The notes under the pieces were generated by a model. The model was not told the origin of the DNA. It saw only the letters and a list, made by a program, of their open reading frames with translations, and made no database searches. This document shows positions 17,610 to 21,908 of a stretch of 21,908 nucleotides of DNA, piece after piece (the stretch's first letter is position 1; each line of letters opens with the position of its first letter). Source of the stretch: an uncultured Bacteriovoracaceae bacterium (GTDB taxonomy: Bacteria; Bdellovibrionota; Bacteriovoracia; Bacteriovoracales; Bacteriovoracaceae); NCBI GenBank assembly GCA_964012805.1, contig CAXGUD010000056.1, positions 1 through 21,908 of the forward strand, read 5' to 3'. A program made the position numbers and the translations under genes.

Positions 17610-19139
17610 CTACCTACCTCTCTTTAAAAATTTTGATTTTATAACCTCTACATTCTCAGAAGCTGTTTCAATAATTGATGGAGTAGCAAAAACGACAAAC
17701 TGATTTCTATCATTAAGATATTTTTTAGATTTAAGAAAAGAAAACAATGGTACGGCAGGTTGACCACCACCTGCTTGTGAGTAGTCTATTTCACCATAAG
17801 GTGGATCTCGATCAAATTGAGTTGAAGTTTTTTTGATTGCAACACCACCCATCACTGCCGTTTCTCCTGATCTTACATCTACTTCACTATTCAGCTTATT
17901 TGACGTAGTGGATGCAGATCCATCACCTTGGCTAACTCCAACTGAAACTTGAAGACTTATAATTTCTTTACTCTTTGATTGGAGTTGAGGCTTAACTTCT
18001 AAATTAAATTTTGCAGTTGTTGTTTGTTTTGTTGAAAATTGACCTTTTGCTGCGACTGAAGAGGATGTTGTTGTTTCCTTACTGATCGTACCCTTTTGGC
18101 CGTCCTTAACAATAATCATACCTGATTGCACAACTCTTGCATAGCCTGCGGCTTTAGCTGAGGCCAATTTAGGAAAAAGGTTCGATATTGTTCCAGCAAG
18201 TGTTCCGTTAGAATCTGTATAAATATCTCCGGCCTTAGACCTTCCATATTTAATAACACCACCACCACCACTCATTAAAGGGCTCCACTTAAAGCCAAAT
18301 ATTTTCATATACTCTTTTACGACCTCTACAAACTGTGCCGATATTTTAATCATCTTTTTAATAGGTAATGATTTTTTTGCTTTCGAGGGTACTACCTTTA
18401 AAAAGTTGCGAAGCAATGCCTTTCCTCCCTGCACCGTTTGAACAACCCTCTCTCTTTCTGCAATAGTCGCAATGCTACCAGGGATAAATGCTGTGGCTAT
18501 TTTTTGAGCGTAAGGAATATCTTTTTCAGAATCAACCCTTCCTACTAACCAAAATGTGTTATTAACAACTCTAACCCGGACTTTTTTTAACCCCATTCTA
18601 TTTAGCTCAACTTCCATCTTTTCTGCTACTTTCAGTTGAGATTGATGTGAAAGTTCAACAAAATTTAATACATCTGGATACCCTTTAAGAACTATATTTA
18701 TCATTCCCATGTCAGATGGAACAACAATCTTTCCTCCAACATAGACATTCTTACCTTTTATCCCTATTTCTATACCTTCAATATCACCTAAATACTCCTT
18801 CAACTCCATAACTTTGCTAGATAAGTCACTAGAGGTAATTGTCAAGAGATAACGGGCTCTAATATCACCTACAGTATTTCTAATTATGACGGAGGTCTTA
18901 CCAGGCTTAAGTCCCTTAAAAGTAATTTCTCTTTTTTGAGGAATAATTTGATAAGTCAGTATTGAATTATTACCTACTTGAATTTTTGTCGAAGGTGCAA
19001 AATCTAATTGAATAATTCTATCAATACCTAACACAACCTCCAGGGGTTGTTCTTTAACCTCTCTATTACTTTGAGCAAATAAGTTAAAACTTATCAGGAC
19101 TCCAATTATGAAAGTTTTTGTTTTAATAGTAAAATTCAA
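17610..19139 (-). CDS. cpaC: Tad pilus secretin CpaC/RcpA
   Basis: Signal peptide, pilus-formation N-domain (IQVGNNSIL...ITFKGLKPGKTSVII), BON-like segments and secretin C-terminus (VRSGETAVMGG, VPLFSFLKS, FVVFATPSII); lies between cpaB and cpaE/F. Confidence 0.88.
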   Translation of the reverse strand: MNFTIKTKTFIIGVLISFNLFAQSNREVKEQPLEVVLGIDRIIQLDFAPSTKIQVGNNSILTYQIIPQKREITFKGLKPGKTSVIIRNTVGDIRARYLLTITSSDLSSKVMELKEYLGDIEGIEIGIKGKNVYVGGKIVVPSDMGMINIVLKGYPDVLNFVELSHQSQLKVAEKMEVELNRMGLKKVRVRVVNNTFWLVGRVDSEKDIPYAQKIATAFIPGSIATIAERERVVQTVQGGKALLRNFLKVVPSKAKKSLPIKKMIKISAQFVEVVKEYMKIFGFKWSPLMSGGGGVIKYGRSKAGDIYTDSNGTLAGTISNLFPKLASAKAAGYARVVQSGMIIVKDGQKGTISKETTTSSSVAAKGQFSTKQTTTAKFNLEVKPQLQSKSKEIISLQVSVGVSQGDGSASTTSNKLNSEVDVRSGETAVMGGVAIKKTSTQFDRDPPYGEIDYSQAGGGQPAVPLFSFLKSKKYLNDRNQFVVFATPSIIETASENVEVIKSKFLKRGR

Positions 19140-19147
19140 ATTATTAC

Positions 19148-19960
19148 CTATTGCTTCTTATACTTCTCTTGGAAAAATGATTTAGCTTTGGCCATATTTT
19201 CTTTCCCAACTAAATCCATCATTCTGGTTCCTTTTAAAGCTACTTTTTTATCATCATTATTATTTCTTAAAATCAAAAATGGTTTTTTTCCTGTTTCTTC
19301 AATTAAAAAAATTATTTTTTGAACTTGATAAGGTTCTAGTTCAAGGGTCACAGTATTATATTGGCTGTATGTATTTAGCTTCATTTTTCTAACAGAGTTA
19401 GCCCCCTTAATTCCAATAAGGGGAATAGAATTAGTCATACTAATACCTGTAGATAAAACAAGAACATCTTGAAGAACGGTTTGGACAAAAGATAAGTCTT
19501 TTCTACTTCCTGATGCAAAATCTATTACACCAACAACATCAACTCTATCGCCTGGTTTTATCAATTTGCTAACAGCTTGTTGCTCAGTAATAGTTATACT
19601 CATAGCCCTTTTCCCTAAACTTATTTGTCTTGATAAGCCAGTTGAAGAACCTGGGTAGGTTACACGAGGTTTAGTAATCTGCTCGCCCTTTAAAATTGGT
19701 ACTGTAGCGATAGTATTTTTTAATTCTTCTCTCGAGCTGAAGGCATGCTTATGTTTAAAAGAACTAGGAACGGATATCTCTTGAAGTTTATCATCATCTA
19801 TCAGTTCCAATTCTTGAATATCAACTTTTGCAATAACAACAGGAACTTCTCGACCAAATTTTGTTTTGAAATTTTGCTCTCTTTCGTCAATAAAAGTATA
19901 GACCATAAACATTGCAATACTTGCAATGACCAAAGCTAGAGTAAAAGCCCGAGTATTCAT
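19148..19960 (-). CDS. cpaB: Flp pilus assembly protein CpaB/RcpC
   Basis: N-terminal TM, SAF-like VVIAKVDI...PILKGEQIT, GKRAMSI, IKPGDRVDV, VLQDVLVL, VTLEL, LILRN. Confidence 0.92.
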   Translation of the reverse strand: MNTRAFTLALVIASIAMFMVYTFIDEREQNFKTKFGREVPVVIAKVDIQELELIDDDKLQEISVPSSFKHKHAFSSREELKNTIATVPILKGEQITKPRVTYPGSSTGLSRQISLGKRAMSITITEQQAVSKLIKPGDRVDVVGVIDFASGSRKDLSFVQTVLQDVLVLSTGISMTNSIPLIGIKGANSVRKMKLNTYSQYNTVTLELEPYQVQKIIFLIEETGKKPFLILRNNNDDKKVALKGTRMMDLVGKENMAKAKSFFQEKYKKQ

Positions 19961-19978
19961 TTTTTAATTAATCCTTTA

Positions 19979-20009
19979 TTTGATAAAGTATTAAGAATAT
20001 TTTATCAAA
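19979..20009. promoter_or_regulatory. 14-bp-arm inverted repeat upstream of cpaB
   Basis: TTTGATAAAGTATT-aag-AATATTTTATCAAA with 13/14 positions complementary; abuts the cpaB RBS (AAAGGA). Confidence 0.55.
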
Positions 20010-20068
20010 AAGGAGACTAGGAACCCTCATTTTTAAAAGGTGAATCTATTTTCCGACTATTAAGCTGA

Positions 20069-20569
20069 TTAATTTGATAAACTACAGGAAGATGAGATTG
20101 ATACCCCACTTAGATTATCTACGTACACATTATTTTCACTAAAAATATAAGATGCTGAGCAAACTCCGTAAGCTGAAAATACCTTAATTAAGCCACTCAC
20201 AGTATCTTCAATTCCTTTTTCACAAGTATCATCCCTAGGCCTAAGTGCAGGGACCTTAAAACATGGTCCCAACTGATTGTCTCCCCTTTGCTCCTTAGAA
20301 AAGCCAAACGAATAAGCTCCGACTCTTGAAACCCCTTTACTTAAATAGCTATCCATATCTTGATTAAATGGTAAGGTTGAATTGTTTCTAATGGTATAAA
20401 AAAAATACCCTCTCAAAGTTTTCTGCTGATTTATAGAAGCGTTAATTCCTCCTATTACACTAACCATTACAGCAAAAAATAAAATAAAAAATGGCAAAAA
20501 AATTATAAACTCAAATATGGCTTGCCCTTTATCTGATTTAATTTTTTTATTTTTAAGGCTTTTCCACAC
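20069..20569 (-). CDS. TadE/TadF-like pseudopilin
   Basis: Class III signal KSDKG|QAIFEFIIFLPFFILFF (G-1, E+5); four Cys in the C-terminal domain. Start uncertain (GTG 20569 or ATG 20581). Confidence 0.8.
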   Translation of the reverse strand: MWKSLKNKKIKSDKGQAIFEFIIFLPFFILFFAVMVSVIGGINASINQQKTLRGYFFYTIRNNSTLPFNQDMDSYLSKGVSRVGAYSFGFSKEQRGDNQLGPCFKVPALRPRDDTCEKGIEDTVSGLIKVFSAYGVCSASYIFSENNVYVDNLSGVSISSSCSLSN

Positions 20570-20570
20570 A

Positions 20571-21107
20571 TTAACATCCATTATCATAAATTGTTGTATG
20601 AGATGAACAACCTCCTCCATCAATAGAAGAAAAAGCTTCACAAATTCTTTCTATACACTCCTGTCTTGATGGCTCTCTTCCTAAAAATGATTCAGAGATT
20701 AATGTAATAGGACCTTTTCCACCAATCATAGAAGAAACACCAAAATCCATCTTAAAAGAGATATAATTTCCAATAAAAGGCTTGTTTGCAAAGGATCCAG
20801 GATTATTTACCATGAGCTCTGGACGAGCTCCTCCAATTAAGTATTCTACTTTAAATCTATCATAAACTTCTTTTGCTTTTTCAATAGCGCTTGAGTCACC
20901 ATTTTGAATAGAGTTATTATTTTCATCACTAACCAAATAAGCTCGACTGGCATTAAATACTGCATAATGGGCATAAAAACCATTTGTTGCATTAAAAGCA
21001 ATTCTTACAAAGGTCAATAAAATGGTAAAAATAACAGAAAATGAAACTAAAAACTCAATTGTTGATTGACCTGTTTCCTTTTTTAATTTTTTTTCTTTAT
21101 CTTTCAT
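20571..21107 (-). CDS. TadE-like pseudopilin
   Basis: KKETG|QSTIEFLVSFSVIFTILL; 'YAVFNASRAY' resembles the TadE AAxxAAR helix; four C-terminal Cys, ending DNGC. Start ATG 21107 overlaps the end of the upstream gene. Confidence 0.82.
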   Translation of the reverse strand: MKDKEKKLKKETGQSTIEFLVSFSVIFTILLTFVRIAFNATNGFYAHYAVFNASRAYLVSDENNNSIQNGDSSAIEKAKEVYDRFKVEYLIGGARPELMVNNPGSFANKPFIGNYISFKMDFGVSSMIGGKGPITLISESFLGREPSRQECIERICEAFSSIDGGGCSSHTTIYDNGC

Positions 21108-21408
21108 ATGGAGCCGTAGGAGTAAAAAATCTTGTCGAATTATCACCAACATAGGATCTATGAACACCAGAATAATCTTCTTCAGGATTCACCGTTGGGT
21201 TTATGTTACTTTCATATAAACCATGCCTATAGCTAACCATAAAAACTTTTCTAAGTGCTGTAAAAAACTCAGAATCTTTACCTAAAAACCGCTTAAATAC
21301 TGGAGAATTAAAAACCGCCACTGCAAGAGATACTACTACTGCAGTTAAGAAAATATATTCTACAACTGTTTGGCCTCTTTCATTCATCTTTGTTTTAACT
21401 TTGTCCAT
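21097..21408 (-). CDS. Flp-family pilin-like protein with C-terminal extension
   Basis: NERG|QTVVEYIFLTAVVVSLAVAV: Flp motif with E+5 and Y+6. Confidence 0.8.
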   Translation of the reverse strand: MDKVKTKMNERGQTVVEYIFLTAVVVSLAVAVFNSPVFKRFLGKDSEFFTALRKVFMVSYRHGLYESNINPTVNPEEDYSGVHRSYVGDNSTRFFTPTAPYER

Positions 21409-21901
21409 AAATCTCTATTCCTAGCCACCCCCAAGAAAGCAAAATTACTGGGGTAAAGGGTATTTTCATTCCAAAAGCATAGATCTTTGAATAATTTTTT
21501 CTTCGTATGTGTTCTATTATATTACTTAAATTTCCCAAAATATTTAAAATAATACAAAAACCTGTCACAAGGATTGTAACCCAAAGGATGTTCAATAAAA
21601 ATAAATCATGATAGCTGGTCGGGACCAATAAAAAAATTGAAGCCAAAAGTTTGCTATCACCACCGGCCATAATTTTTTGAGGATGAAGGAAAAAGATAAA
21701 CCCCAAAACTATAAACATAATAGAATAGATATAGTGTCCAAAGGTAAAGTTATAATTTTCCTTAAATATCGATATAAAGAAAAAATATAAAATTAAATTT
21801 AAAATAATATACTGGTTTGGTATTTTTCTATATCTAATATCTAAATAAGTTACAATTATGAGCTCAAAAAAAAGAAACAAATAAAGCGGCATTGGTATCA
21901 T
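21395..21901 (-). CDS. cpaA: Prepilin peptidase CpaA/TadV (A24 family)
   Basis: YLDIRYRKIPN and MAGGDSKLL (two catalytic Asp), IPF near the C-terminus, polytopic hydrophobic; no N-terminal Cys-rich methyltransferase domain. Confidence 0.9.
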   Translation of the reverse strand: MIPMPLYLFLFFELIIVTYLDIRYRKIPNQYIILNLILYFFFISIFKENYNFTFGHYIYSIMFIVLGFIFFLHPQKIMAGGDSKLLASIFLLVPTSYHDLFLLNILWVTILVTGFCIILNILGNLSNIIEHIRRKNYSKIYAFGMKIPFTPVILLSWGWLGIEIYGQS

Positions 21902-21908
21902 TGGACAC

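Noticed and set aside
2979..19939. Short alternative ORFs (2979-3182, 3967-4209, 5432-5650, 8642-8872, 13518-13841, 14841-15065, 15492-15752, 19745-19939)
   Set aside because: All overlap well-supported genes in antisense or alternate frames and show no recognisable motifs
20034..20059. Plus-strand TAAA-N14-TCCGACTA sigma-28-like site
   Set aside because: Short spacer and antisense to the tad operon; likely chance in AT-rich DNA

Overview
AT-rich bacterial chromosomal window, most consistent with a predatory Bdellovibrionota (Bacteriovorax/Halobacteriovorax-like); this is inferred from gene content and order, not from a database search. The left part is mostly housekeeping: 5' part of an AsmA-like gene containing a 15-bp tandem repeat, pcrA/uvrD, a SnoaL/NTF2-like gene, glmU-glmS, lon, a dCMP-deaminase/ComEB-like gene, a single-domain response regulator, a small membrane protein and a class-3 aldehyde dehydrogenase. 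The right ~9.5 kb (minus strand) is a Tad/Flp pilus cluster: prepilin peptidase, three prepilin-like proteins, cpaB, cpaC secretin, a fused CpaE-CpaF ATPase and tadB. It is followed directly by a secreted, toxin-less RHS/YD-repeat protein and two small secreted acidic, low-complexity peptides. This order matches the Bdellovibrio bacteriovorus 'hit' locus (tad genes - bd0109 RHS - bd0108). The main finding is that the bd0108 position holds a tandem pair of related peptides sharing GE[D/E]..ECI..DxSR..DSS, downstream of a candidate sigma-28 (FliA) promoter. No rRNA, tRNA, CRISPR array or transposase was seen.
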